Assembly (NCBI GenBank): GCA_051294375.1
Contig: JBJCIZ010000744.1
Coordinates: 795,197-849,422 of the forward strand
DNA length: 54,226 nt
From: Paraspadella gotoi
Taxonomy: Eukaryota; Animalia; Chaetognatha
Direction: 5' to 3'
Shown here: positions 28,133 to 40,771 of the stretch, one piece after another
How the letters are laid out: the number at the start of each line of letters is the position of its first letter
Numbering within the stretch: the first letter of the stretch is position 1
The notes under the pieces: model-generated
The model's input: the letters and a program-made list of their open reading frames with translations, nothing else
What the model was told of the DNA's origin: nothing
Databases searched by the model: none
Position numbers and translations under genes: made by a program

Positions 28133-28585
28133 TTTTTAGCCGGATCTGCTTACAGCAGATTACGGCTCTATAATTCACTTTGTCGGTCCATCGGTCCACC
28201 CCCCCAATCTTATCAGTAAGTCACTTAAATCATATCAGAACGTCGAATAATGATAAATTATGGAAAAAAAATTGATGTTTGTCCGTCTGTCTGTCTATTT
28301 CCCTATTTGATTATGTTTTTTCTTTTTTTATTAAATGTAAATTAAAGCTGAATTAATTAATTAATTATAATAAATAATTATTAATTAATTATTAATTATT
28401 TTGGAATTAATTGATTAAATAATCAATTAATTTTGTGATCGAGATTGTTGTTTTTGTGATTGTGATTGTGACAAAGTAGAAAACGATTTTGACACGAATT
28501 AAAAATAATAATTCATTAATTTTTTCCAATTAATTATCTGATCAGCTGCTTACCTCTAATGATCGTGGGAAGATCCGGCATTGTT
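28133..28585 (+). mobile_element. Helentron-associated/DINE-1-like non-autonomous element
   Basis: Starts in a T-run. The 5' subterminal repeat GCCGGATCT (28139-28147) is followed by a near-inverted partner AGATTACGGCT. Internal GTCC/GTCT microsatellite at ~28182-28197 and 28281-28296. The 3' inverted subterminal repeat AGATCCGGC (28571-28579) is followed by ATTGTT. Confidence 0.6.
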
Positions 28586-29018
28586 AGCTCAAACTTGGTT
28601 TACAGTCAGCACCCCCTTTACTTTCAATGAATCACATAATAACTGAAAACGATGGACAATAGACAATTAGACATACATGTAGACTGTAGAGATCTACAAC
28701 AAGCAATTATTAAGCAATAATATTGCATTGACACTATTTGTTTGCTTACATGAAATAAAAGCAAGAAGTAATTTTTTATTAACTCTTAATAAGAGTCTTA
28801 TTATCTGTTCCAGCTTTTGTTTCTACAATGCTACTTTACTATTAAAATATTAGCGGAAAAATGGTGTGCCAACAAATTATTTTAGTTACAGTGCTAGTTG
28901 TCCTACAGTAATGATAAATAATTGTCTTTCCGTGATCGAACAATAAGGATTACTTGTGGCTACAACAATATATGTAGATTTTTAAGAGGTTACAATAAGT
29001 AATTAAGTATAGGCGTCT

Positions 29019-31292
29019 TTAACAATAATAGAAAAAGGCGCAGAGCAACGGAAACGACAGAAGAGACACGTTGACGATTGCGTAATTTTTAAATACTTCC
29101 TTATCAAGTGATTGCAAATAATCACTTAAAAGTGAAGCGATTTTAAGGGGAGGATGATTAAAGTCTATGGCCCTAAAAATCAGTTCCATGTGAACGAAAT
29201 AAGTGGAATCTGACGGCGTCATTGTCGAGAAGTAAGTGACAATTCTTCGCCAGCGTTTCTGATACTGGTCAGCGAAACTACTGTAAAAAGACTCATTTGG
29301 TTCTGGCGACGAATTGTTCATCATAAATAGATACAAGTTGAAAATTATTAAAGTTATTGCCACGAGTGATTTGACAAAATAACGAATTTTTCCGTTACAT
29401 TCAATTTTTTTCAATATGAAGCTGATCCAGATAATTTGGGGCAAAACTGAAAGACTATAAGCCAATACTAACGATTGGTTTAAGTTAAACGAGCCTATTA
29501 TTCCTTTCCAGTAAATACCAAAGTGTTTATATTTAAATATTCCATCAAGGTCGCCCAGCGTTAGAGATTTTTGAACATACTTTTTCAAATCTATGGCCCG
29601 TCGTAAAATAAACAAGGATGAGCAGAGGGCTAATGATATAAGTCCAAAAAACCCAACTAAAACTTTTTCCTTATCTGACAGATGTTGATTTAATCCGCCA
29701 GGGTGTCCTTCGAGAAACATAAGGACAAAGCACAATGCGAAGGAGGCAGGGAAAAAGTTAGTGAGTGTTGCGAAGCTTCTGTACAATCTTTCTTTTGATT
29801 TGAACAAAGCGACGTAATCCATATGCGCAAAGCACTTTTTCTCTGTTCTGCACTTTGACAAACCTAGTTTGCCCGAAAGTTTCTCGTGATCAAAAGTGAC
29901 GTAAATGTTAAGGCAGACTATGGTCAAAGGCATAATCTCCGCGGCAAGAAACAAAAACATTTTGGCCACTTGTCTTTTTGTATACAAACCAATGACGGTG
30001 TACAATGTTCCCAGAGTCAAATCCAAAAGCAATAAAATCATGATCGTGGAAAATTGCGGGTAGAGAAATTTATAATTTCCGACTGGATCGATATCGCCTA
30101 TCGAGAGCCTCGCCGAGGGATGTTTCGATTTGTAATATTGGCATGGGACCAAAAACTTATTAGGCAAGATATTTTCCCATCTTTCGTAATCAATGAGCCC
30201 TCTGGCTTTGAAGCAAACGTTGTGAATCAGAAAATGCCTTTTTAAACGCGTGAAATGGATCAGCTGGGGACTAAAAATTTTGGGTCTGTAAAAGGTGGTT
30301 TTTTGAAAGTGGGAATCGATCGTGATTTGAATGTCGTCACGAAGAAAGAAGGAAACAAGAAAGATCGACCAAAAAACCATGAAGATCGATTGAGAAAATG
30401 AAGCGATGCTGGGTTTGCGGTGATCCCTGCATCGAAACAAAGCCAAGAGAAGATCCCTCATCTCAGTCAGAGTAAAAATTCGCAACAAAGTCAGTGGAGT
30501 GAGCAGCGCGTACCACGGTGAACTCTTCAACGCCCAAATGTAGATCAAATAAATATTGATGACGATCCCGATTGATCCCTGAATCGTCCCAACCACGCCC
30601 ACCATTGATGCCAGATTGTCACGGGATTTGCTGGCAAATAAGGCCAAACTGATGCTGGACAAACTGAAAGATACGAGGCTGTGGTAATTGCTCATTTCCC
30701 AAGAGCAGATTCTCGACTCGGTAACCTGCCACCGACAAAAGCAAGGTTTGGACAATTGGATCAGTGTGTTGTTGAGCCCGATTTCGAAAAGAGCAACTCC
30801 GTTCACACTGATGGGCAGGCATTGTTCCGTGGTTCCGCTGGTCAGGTCCAAAATCAGCGTCGCGGCTTGCAAGAGAATCTGAGGAAACGATTCCAGAATG
30901 ACGTGAAGGAATTCCAAATGTTCCAGAAGCTGAATCTTCGTTGCCGTGGAAACGGCGCTGACCTCGGCCGCGCCCGGCCGTTCATCTAAGCGAAGATCCA
31001 GTTTGATGAGGGTGTTGCCCAAACCAATGACGCAAATAATGGCGACGCCGATCTTGCGCCAAACGTTGGCGCGGAGTCGCGGATAAGGAGCCGCGTCTCG
31101 ATGAAAACAGCGTACGACGTGGGCGCTGGAGAAGGCGCCGTGGATCGCCAGGACCACGCCCATTGCAACGCCAAAGTAGCGTTCGATAGGAAAACTCTTT
31201 CGACAGAAAAAAATCGTCGTTTGAAAGTCGGTGACGACATCGGCGACGCTGAGAGCGACGACGGCGAAGAGTAATACGTCTTGAGCTTTCAT
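29019..31292 (-). CDS. 757-aa intronless multipass membrane protein, XK-related (XKR/CED-8-like) family, with a probable second degenerate XK-like module
   Basis: The only long, clean, complex ORF in the window, with many hydrophobic segments. XK hallmarks are ADVVTD in TM1 (aa 17-22), LESFPQILLQ (aa 133-142) and SLVSFSLSSISL (aa 205-216). A second LSVLPQII motif lies at aa 614-621. The neighbouring paralogue conserves these motifs. Confidence 0.85.
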   Translation of the reverse strand: MKAQDVLLFAVVALSVADVVTDFQTTIFFCRKSFPIERYFGVAMGVVLAIHGAFSSAHVVRCFHRDAAPYPRLRANVWRKIGVAIICVIGLGNTLIKLDLRLDERPGAAEVSAVSTATKIQLLEHLEFLHVILESFPQILLQAATLILDLTSGTTEQCLPISVNGVALFEIGLNNTLIQLSKPCFCRWQVTESRICSWEMSNYHSLVSFSLSSISLALFASKSRDNLASMVGVVGTIQGSIGIVINIYLIYIWALKSSPWYALLTPLTLLRIFTLTEMRDLLLALFRCRDHRKPSIASFSQSIFMVFWSIFLVSFFLRDDIQITIDSHFQKTTFYRPKIFSPQLIHFTRLKRHFLIHNVCFKARGLIDYERWENILPNKFLVPCQYYKSKHPSARLSIGDIDPVGNYKFLYPQFSTIMILLLLDLTLGTLYTVIGLYTKRQVAKMFLFLAAEIMPLTIVCLNIYVTFDHEKLSGKLGLSKCRTEKKCFAHMDYVALFKSKERLYRSFATLTNFFPASFALCFVLMFLEGHPGGLNQHLSDKEKVLVGFFGLISLALCSSLFILRRAIDLKKYVQKSLTLGDLDGIFKYKHFGIYWKGIIGSFNLNQSLVLAYSLSVLPQIIWISFILKKIECNGKIRYFVKSLVAITLIIFNLYLFMMNNSSPEPNESFYSSFADQYQKRWRRIVTYFSTMTPSDSTYFVHMELIFRAIDFNHPPLKIASLLSDYLQSLDKEVFKNYAIVNVSLLSFPLLCAFFYYC

Positions 31293-31402
31293 CTTTGTTC
31301 ATTGGGATTCGTCTGAATTTCAAAATTAATATAAATTTTAAAAAGAAAGTGAGAATAGAATGAAAGAAAGAGAGGATTCACTTTTACAACGTATTGAAAT
31401 GG

Positions 31403-31460
31403 ACTCACCACTCACCAGTCACCAGTCATCACTCACCACTCACCACCCACCAGTCACCAC
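31403..31460 (-). repeat. 7-bp tandem repeat (TGGTGAG/TGGTGAC) upstream of the XK-like gene
   Basis: ACTCACC at 31403, 31410, 31431 and 31438 on the + strand, with AGTCACC variants between. Confidence 0.75.
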
Positions 31461-32499
31461 AGCCTGTCCAAAGTTAGGAGGCAAGAAAAGACTTATTTTT
31501 TGTATGAAGAGACAGTTTTCACATTGATTGTTCTAATTTTATAATTCATTTAAGAAAGGGGCTTTGCGTTACAGTTTCTGAAATATAGCTAAAAATAAAA
31601 TTCAACATTAATTAAAAAAAAGTTAAATTTGAAAAAAATTACAATATCACTCCAAAAAAATCATTGCTTTATTCATTTGCGCAATTATTATTTTGTTTGT
31701 TTTTATTTTATGCCACCTAACCTAAAAGTTTTTTTGTTGTAATTCTGAAAGGACGATGTTCATTAGCACTAGAAGTTAGAAGTTGTTCGATAACGACGAC
31801 GATGATAACGAAAAATTCTAGCGAGCCTTTCGTTCGCAAATATGTAGAAGAAGCCTAAAAAAAGAAGGAAAAAAGTAGGGTTAATATTAACTAATTAAGA
31901 AAAAAATTTATTGCTGTTCTCTTTTCAATCAACGATTTCGAGAGGAAAGAAAATATTAAGCTTTAAATAATCGTTCCAGATTTTTAATCGTTTTGGATCG
32001 AGTTACATATAATTAGCGAGAAAGGCTATATTAATATTAATATTAGGAAATTTAAGCAAAATGGGAAAAACGGAATGCATATTTAACTTAATTAGTCACG
32101 TTGTGTTAATGTAAAACAAATTGATGTTATGAATTAAAACGGAGGCATGAAACATGTCAATATTTATACAATAAAAAAATGAAATTATGTATAATGACAT
32201 AAAATTAATAATTGTTATTGAACAGAAAGAAATGATCATTCGTTATATATTAAGTGGTGTGGCCTAATTTTCAGTTTTGATTTTTTCTTTGTCTTCGTCG
32301 TTTTCTTTTTAAGTCGCTTAGTAAAGAGATATTTTTCGTAATTCTTAGAAATGCGTCTGTGATCTTCATGGATACTGGATATCTGATCAGTAGAGTGATG
32401 TGAAAATGATAAAAGTTTAGAAACTTAAAATTTAGCATATAAAACATAAAAAATAAACTAATAAAATACTTTGTATATTTTTAAATTTTATATTAGTGG

Positions 32500-32860
32500 G
32501 CACCATTGAGCTATATTTATTAGTATATATTGGATCGAATTTGGATTCCTTGCAAAAATTGATATAAAAGAAGTATAATTCTTTTTTTTAATTAATTCTT
32601 TCTTTAAGTTGGTCAAAAATGTAAAAAACTATATTTCAGATACCGATTTTTAATTTCTAGCTTAAAAAATATATTTTTTTATAATTTTAACTTACTTAAT
32701 GAAATAATTTTTGAAAAAAGATTTATATTTTCTTTTATCAACTTTTAACGAGGAATCTGAATCTGTTCTCAGAATTAAAAAAAAACATTTTGAAATTTTG
32801 ACATTATATAAGGGTAGAACTAGATACAAAATAAGCTGACTGGGCTACAGTATTTGTAAA
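32500..32860. mobile_element. Diverged member of the same fold-back family as 3027-3627
   Basis: ATTTATATTTTCTTTTATCAACTTTT (32721-32746) is the reverse complement of 3237-3262. It shares AAAAAACTATATTT and ACTTAATGAAATAATTTTT blocks and internal inverted symmetry. Ends are not defined. Confidence 0.6.
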
Positions 32861-33059
32861 AAAATAAAAAATAACTACAGATTCACTAATATGATATTTT
32901 CATTTTTCAAGATAATACTGCTAAATTTTAATTCCAAACTTTCACTCGGTGCCACTGTCCCCCATCTCACACCGGAAGCGAATCTCCAGTAACCTACTTT
33001 TCGGTGTTAAAATTTATGGACGTTGCTGAATTCATCTTGTTGGTCGCATTAATTTTTAA

Positions 33060-33383
33060 GGCAGTCGTCGTCGTCGTCGTCGTCGTCTTCTTCTTAGTCG
33101 TTGTCCGACATTCTCACTTCGAAAGGCTTTTTAATCCATTTAATCCTGGGCAAAGATGGACAGGTGTCGATGAAAACGTGTGCCACGTCGTCTTCGTCGT
33201 CGTCGTAGTTGTTGTCCTTTTACTTTTCGTCAACTTAAAACAAACAACAAATATTTCAATAATATGATAACATTATTATACTAATATAATGATTTATTTT
33301 AAGTTAAAATCAATTTAGTCAATTAATTTTCTCGATGGGTTCGAACCTCTCTCTCTTCTCTCTCCTCTCTCTCTCTCTCTCTT

Positions 33384-33436
<53 letters not shown>

Positions 33437-33526
33437 TCCATTTTAATTGCATCAGACATTCGTTCCCTTCCCCGACTGGCTCGTTTGGCAAACTCCTGTC
33501 CCAATGTAATGCATTCTTCTTCAGCT

Positions 33527-33588
<62 letters not shown>

Positions 33589-35374
33589 TGTGTTTCTCTC
33601 TCCGGCCTTTCATTCTTGCCTCCTTCTCCCTCCCTTCCTCCTTTCCTCGCCTTTCCTCCTCCTTTCCCTCTGCTCCCATTCCTCCTCTCCTTATGCTCCT
33701 TACGTTCGCTCCGATGTTCTTTTATCGCTCTCCTTCTCCTCGCTCTTCATTCTACGCCACCTCCCTGCGCTTTCCGCTCCTTTACGATACGCTCTATTAG
33801 TTTCGCTCTATTTCTCACCCTATTCGCGATGCGCTCCATTCCTGCCGCATGCTCATCCTCATTCCTCCTATCCGTCCGCTCCTTTCCTCCATATCCTATC
33901 GCTATTTTTTTCTGTTGCCTCAGCTATTCACCTTGGCAATCCTCCATTGCCTGAGAAGGAGAGCCTTCTAGAGTCTGCCACACTCTCCTCCACACATCTG
34001 GACCTATTCCTCCAAGTAACCTACAGCATTTTTTGTCTTCTCTCACCAAAATTCACCATTTCCTCCGATTCGCTGGACCGGCTCATCTCCTTTCCTCCAC
34101 TTCGCTACCTTCCTCCCGCGGTCTCTCCTTGTCCTCCATAGTCCTCTGTAGCTTCTTCCAGTTTGCTCTCCTGATCCTGCAGCCTATGAGGTCCGTGAAC
34201 CCATTAAGTTCATGTATCTCATCGTCTCCTTTCCATCCCTGTCCTCGCTCGCCTTGCTCTTTACCAGATCACTATCCTAGCACCTTATTCTTCGGACCTT
34301 CCTCCTCATCGTCCTATTCCTCCTTTCCTCCTTTCCTCCTTTCCTCCCTTCCTCCCTTTCTCCTTTCCTCCCTTTTTTCTTTTCTCCTATTCACCTTTCC
34401 ACCATTCTTTTCTTTCCTCCCATCAGCGACGAGCTCCCATTTATCTTGTCTACATTTTCTCCTCTGACTCGTATTTTCTGTTTTCCTCCTCATCGTATAC
34501 TCACATCTTTCACCCGCATTGTGCACCATCTCTCACTCATTTTCTGCTTCATTTTGAGATCCATTTTTGCTCCATCTCACACTCATTTACTGCTACATTT
34601 GGTGATCCATTTTTTTGCTCCATCTCTCACTAATTTTCTGCTCCATTTTGAGATCCATTTTTTGCTCCATCTCTCACTAATTTTCTGCTCCATTTTGTGA
34701 TCCATTTTTTGCTCCATCTCTCACTCATTTTCTGCTTCATTTTGAGATCCATTTTTTGCTCCATCTCTCACTCATTTTCTGCTCCATTTTGTAAACCATT
34801 TCTGTCTTTTCATCTCTCATTCATATTCTACTCAATTTTGTGATCAATTTCTTTCTTCATTTTTTCATCCATTCATCAATTTTGCGCTTCATCTTTAACT
34901 TATTTCATCGCTCCGTTTCCTGCTTCACGTGTATGTGATGTGTGTTCTTTTTAAACCCAATTTTGTTCTTTTTTGTTTCTTCATTTTTCGTATCCATTTT
35001 CTTCAGCTTCTTCAACCCTTCCATTTATCGTATTCNNNNNNNNNNNNNNNNNNNNNNNNNNNNNNNNNNNNNNNNNNNNNNNNNNNNNNNNNNNNNNNNN
35101 NNNNNNNNNNNNNNNNNNNNNNNNNNNNNNNNNNNNNNNNNNNNNNNNNNNNNNNNNNNNNNNNNNNNNNNNNNNNNNNNNNNNNNNNNNNNNNNTTTCC
35201 GGTTTTTCCTTCTCGTACGAAATGAGTCACTCGCTTTGGTCGTTTGTCGTTTGTGTCTCTTTGTCCTGTGGTTTCCTTTGTCCTTGCGTCTCTAGTAATT
35301 CTTGTCCTGCGGTAACATCGTCTGAGGAAAAAGCGTGGACTTTTTATGTTGGCCCTGGTTTCCTTTAATATTCG
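33060..35374 (+). repeat. Left arm of a ~2.3-kb inverted duplication (right arm 41415-43782)
   Basis: TTGGCCCTGGTTTCCTTTAATATTCG (to 35374) is the reverse complement of CGAATATTAAAGGAAACCAGGGCCAA (from 41415). Mirrored peptides (YLSSILIASDIRSLP; MYVMCVLFKPNFVLF) appear in the ORF track. Confidence 0.88.
34527..34800 (+). repeat. ~47-bp minisatellite (CTCCATCTCTCACTCATTTTCTGCTCCATTTTGAGATCCATTTTTTG), about 6 copies
   Basis: Directly visible. A noisy mirrored array lies at about 41980-42340. Confidence 0.85.
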
Positions 35375-35608
35375 TGTGGACCGAACATCTAGAAACGCAA
35401 ACCTTGGTAAACACATGACCTTACGCCAACCTTACCCTCGCTCATTTCCTCCCCCAACTTATTATATGTCATAACGGTTGACTTATGGTAACGTTGACCT
35501 TGTAAATACCGATTGTAATAGACTTAGCATCTGAGCATTTGACTGTTATTGTTTATAACGTTGTTGAAGAATAAATCATTCTTACTCTGAAACTTGTTTG
35601 CGTCCACA
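35375..35608 (+). repeat. 5' LTR
   Basis: TGTGGA...TCCACA termini. Shares TTGTAATAGACTTAGCATCTGAGCATTT and GAATAAATCATT with 40772-40991. Confidence 0.88.
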
Positions 35609-35610
35609 CG

Positions 35611-35628
35611 TGGTGAGCCCGGACGTGA
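35611..35628 (+). promoter_or_regulatory. Primer-binding site, tRNA-Trp type
   Basis: TGGTGAGCCCGGACGTGA lies 2 nt after the LTR and is a near match to TGGTGACCCCGACGTGA, the complement of the metazoan tRNA-Trp 3' end. Confidence 0.75.
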
Positions 35629-38600
35629 AAAAATATAACAAAAAACGAAACAAAAAACAAAAAAAAAAAACAAAAAAAAAAAGGAAAACTAAACTTCTCA
35701 AAAATTTCGCGCGAAACACAACTTTTTAATTCAAAACCATATTTTTTTAAAATTAACTTTTTTAATTTAAATCGACATCAAAAAGAGAACTTTTACGACG
35801 CGTTTTTTGGCCAAATTCTTTTTTGTTTTTTTTCTCCTCTGAATCAATTCTCATCGATTCAAATCGTTTTTTGCCATACAACTCTTATTTGAAACAAATA
35901 TTTTTTTTAATTAACATCATTTTTTTTTAAAGCGTAAACTACCTTTCTTTAACGGCAACAATTTTTTTCAAAGTAAATAATATTTTTTTTTAATGCCGCT
36001 GCGTTCTCATCAATCCCCGTCACACGCCCCCTCTGCAACGCCCTGCCGACGAAGAAGAAACGACAATGCGGTGACCACGCGCAACGCCTCCCAATCCGAC
36101 AGCGCGGCCGCGAAACGACCCGGCAATTCCACGACGCCCGCCTGCTTGCGACATCCGCGACGCCCCTCGAAATGCAATCGAAAAAACCTGTTCAATGGTA
36201 TTCGACCATCAATACAAAACTCGCCCGCGGTCACGGAAAAGGACGAAATCCTCCTTCAGCGGACTCCTTCTGACGCAAGTACCGCTGCTTCAACGGAGTT
36301 GCCCCTTCGGTGGAGGACGCGCGCCAGCGAACGCCGCCCCTGTGGGCACCCTCAACCTGCCCGTCAGCAGCTGCGACAAGACGACGAAACCCCAAAGCTG
36401 ACTGTACCTTTGACCCGACCACATCGAGGGAATGGCTAGACCACACCAGCCGTGGAATTCGGCGCCATCCGCGTCACTGGAGCCGGCGGAAAAGAAGGCG
36501 GCAGATCCTCAGCGCCATTCCCATCTCCCGCCAGCTCGGCTAATTCCACACGGTCTACGCATCGACGAAGGTCCGAAGCTCACAAGAACCTCGTCTCTCA
36601 CTCCAGAAGATCCTATGGTGAAGATGCCTACAGGCGCGCGCGCAAGGCGTTGAAGAAATGACGTCGCTGAAAGGCGTCACTCTCATCTCCACACCTCTCC
36701 TCACGCGCTCGATCCATTCCTCCATCCTGGAAGGCCATCACTCATTGAAATGTCAAGGCCGCCATCATTTGGCGCCGGCCTCATCCTAAAGCGTCAGAGA
36801 GCACGCCGTCAGGAAAGACAAAAAAGCACACGCCGAAATCGCCAAGGATGCCGACGAGTTCTTTTCTCGCCCTCCGACACTCCGCAGCTCTGACGCACAC
36901 CGCATCACGGTAAAACGCCGGTCACCTCATCGAGGCCACAGTGGAACGATGCCACTGGAGCTTCCAGTTGAATCAGCAAGCGACGCGACAATGTGGCGCA
37001 TCTCTTATTCAATGCAGTGCGCGCGACCCCGCGCGCTCAAACAAACGCACGCGACCCTTACGTGCAGGCAGCGCCCATCGCAGCGAGCGCCCAACGCAGG
37101 CAGCGGACGTCAACAGAACGTCGCCCAATTCTAACGCCCGCGCGCTCTCTACCAGCACCGCGAACGCGCCCATGGGAGAAGCCAAGTGCCTTCTAACACC
37201 ATTATAACTTTGGCGCAACGCGTTTAAAGTGCCACGGGACTAACCGCGACGGCCGCCCATAGCCAAATGGCGCCGTCACAATGCCAACGCCAGCGGGCAG
37301 CCGCTAGTCGCCCGCGTCGCTGCCGAAATGACTCAAACTATTTCTCGGTGCGCGACCCCTGACGCCGGCCTGGAGTGCTCGTGCGACGGCAGGCTCCGAG
37401 GCGACGCTATCCCGCCTCTGCCGCGATCGCGCCGCCGCAGGCGGCGCCCGCCGCCGTAAAGCGGCGAATTAACGCACCATGCCCGCCACTCCGCGCCGCC
37501 ACCGACACGCCCATCGAAACTTTTGCATCCGAGAGATGGGGATTCGACTCGGGAACGCGTTTTTCCCGTACTTGTCATCAATCGGCCGACGTTGCACCCA
37601 TTCTCGGTGCCGACTTTTGATGGAGCACCACTTGGTGTTGATCATGCACGTCGCATCCTTCTCGATCTCGATGACTACATGGTCATTCTCAGGCCATGCT
37701 ACACGACGCCGCCCGCCGCGGCAACCTGCCCGCGTCCTCCACGTCCGTGACGCCTACTCCTCTCTCAGACGGGCGACCAGAACTCACAAAACTCGACTTT
37801 ACTCGGCGCGCCCAAGCACGGCGTTGAACATAATATTCTTCCACGAAAGGTCGCCCGTATTCGCCACGCCGCCGGCCTCGCCCCAAATCAGCTTGCTGCC
37901 GCCAAGGACGAGTTCGAGAGCATGCTGGAACTCGGGATTATCCGTCGCTCTACATCCGCTTGGGCGTCGCACGCTACAACGTCACCACGGAAACCTGAAG
38001 CGGCTCTCTCCGTCTTGTGGCAACTAATCGACAGCTCAACGGCAGTCACGTCGACGATCGCTACCCGATCCGCACCTCATGGACTTCAACGCCGACGTCG
38101 CCGGAAGACGGTTTTTCAAAGATCGACCTCTGCAAGGGATATCATCAAAGATCCTGTCGCCGAAGAAGATCGTCATAAACGGCGATCATCACGCCGTTCG
38201 GTCTCTACGAGTTCCTCTTCATGCCGCGTTTGGTGTGAAAAACGCCCGGTCAGGATTTCCAACAGCATGATGGATCAAGTCCTGAGCGGCATTCCATGTC
38301 TTCGTCTTACTTGGATGACCTGCTCGTGGGCATCCCCTCACGAAGAACATCAAGAGGATCTCAAGCGCTCTTCAACGCGTCGCCGACACCGGCCTCATGC
38401 GTTAACGGCGCAAATGCGTTTTCGGCGCTCCACCTGGAGTTTCTCGGATACAACGTTGACAAAAGAGACGCGTCCGCCCCCTGCCGTCAAAGGTAGAGGC
38501 GCTACGCGAGTGGGCCACGCCCACCACCGTCAAAGAACTTCAACGTTTCTCGGGGGTGGTCCTTCAATACTACCGCCGAATTCGTGCCCATGCGCACAAT

Positions 38601-40771
38601 CATCGTCGAACCCCCTTCTTGAAGTTCTCCGCGGAAAACGCGCGCGCGCTAAAATGGGCGGCCCGCCGAACGCCGCTTTCCAGGCAAATCAAGGACGCTC
38701 TTGCCGATTCCACAATGCTGGTTCAACCTAATTCGACGGCGCTTCGCTCTCGCTCTTACCGTCGATGCCTCTGCGTCGCCGTTGGCGGCCCGCCTCGAAC
38801 AGCTTGTCGATGGCAATGGCAGCCCCTGGGTTTTCATTCAAAAGCCACTGAAACCAATCAACGAAAATGGCGCCTTCGACACAGGAGCTTCTCGCCGCCC
38901 ATACGCCTCGATTTCGCATCTCCGCCCATTACGTTGAAGGACGCCAGCTTCAACCGCTCTTAGGGCGACCATATCTCGCTTGTGCCGGCGCTACGGAAAG
39001 GCTGAACCTCACACATGAGGCTAAACCTATCACTGGCAAGGCATACGCCGAATATACTGGGACATCCGTCATATCGCCGGAAAGGCGAACGTCGTCGCCG
39101 ACGCCTCGTCCCGCCCGCCAACTCCTCCACCAGCGCCACCACCGGCGAATATCTCAACAGATCAACCTGGAAGTAAAACTTGAACGCGTCATAAAGAGCG
39201 TGAGGACATCGCCGCCACCGTCAACTGCGTGGCGCCCCTCCCAAGTCAATTTTTGAAGGCAATGGCGGCTGAGAACCAAGCCACCGACGAATGATGTCCA
39301 ACGGCTCCCTCAACGACACCTCATACGGCGCTCCGACTCCAAAGACGTTCCGCATCAGCTACACGAAACATCATTTGCGACATCTCCGGCTCCCCGGGCA
39401 ACGCCACTTGTTCGGAGTCATGGCGCCGGCGCATTTTCGGATGCACATGGCATGCCCACGTCGGGAGTTCGAGAGTCCAAAAAGCTCGTGACGAACGCGC
39501 TTTGTCTGGCCATCAGCCTCGATCCGCTCGCACGATGGGCAGAGTCCATGCGACACTTGTCAGCGGCGCCAAGCGCAGCGCACGTCCACTCGCGGTTAGC
39601 CGCTCCAGAAATTCACCACCAGCCAAAACGTTCGCTCCAACCGTCCATATAGACCTGGTGGGACCGCTGCCAGCCGTCTCTGGTCATACTCATCTTTCTG
39701 AAGATGATTGACCGCTTCACCGCGCTGGCCGGTAAGTGGCACCACTTCGTGACACCTCCGCCGCTCCGTCCCGCCTCAGGGCCTTCTTATTGCAAAACTG
39801 GGGTTCTCTTCGCTGTTGGCGTCCCTCCGTTGTCACCCCGATCGTTGGCGCCCATCAACATCGAATGGTGGCGCCAAGTGGCGCGTGTAGTTTTGGCTTC
39901 CGAGTTATCGGTTTCCCTTCAACGACCGCTTCCACCCTCGATCAACGGGATGGGTCGAGCGCCTCATCACGCTAAAGGGCAGCCCTGCGCGCCGCTGCGA
40001 ACGCATGCCGGACATAACTGCTGGCGAGCTCCCATGGACTCCTTGAGCCTCCGCGCAATCGCGCGAAAGATCGGACGCTCCCCGCGAGCTAAACGCTGGG
40101 CGATACTCTGACCTTACCTGAGAGCTACTTCCGTCCCAACAACCGACGTCGACGCCTGGCCCGCGGCGAATCCTCGACAATCTCGTGCAGTGGTGCTCTC
40201 ATGCAGCTCGCCGCCGCTTGCATGGCGCCGCCCCTCGTCTATGTGCCGCGGAAATGCTCGCTTGACGCGAACGCTTACGTCCGACGCGCGGGACTTCGTC
40301 ATCAGGTATCGGCCGCTCAACACACTTACGAGCCTTACAACGTCACTCGAGTGGTCCCAATTCAAAAATGAATAACCCTCGGGCCGGGCGTCGAAGTGAT
40401 TCTCCGTGCGACTGAAACTGGCCGGTCACCGACGAAGTCCGCAGAACCACCCTAAACCGCATGCGACACTGTGGCGCCGCAGTGCTCAGCAGCTCGCCAC
40501 CGGAAAGGAGTTGCACTCCTGATTCCACCGCGGCGCGGAACCCCAATGCGCGGCGTACTCAGCAGCTATCTATGCTCCCGCCGCCTCGGAAACGGAAAGC
40601 GGCGCCACTGCGTCCAACGTGAGCCGCAGTTGTCGTCGACAATCTTCAACATCCCGGGTCTTTCAAGTCCTTCCGACGAGCTTCACCAGCGGAAGACGAC
40701 GACGGAAAACGACGAACGCATCCAATAACCTTTTCAAGCTTTCCCACCCGGTCAAAGCTTGTGGGGGGATG

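Noticed and set aside
33335-34467. 268-aa and 144-aa hydrophobic ORFs, and mirrored 243-307-aa ORFs at 42309-43356
   Set aside because: This is CT-rich low-complexity DNA, and the two arms do not preserve a common frame or peptide beyond short stretches.
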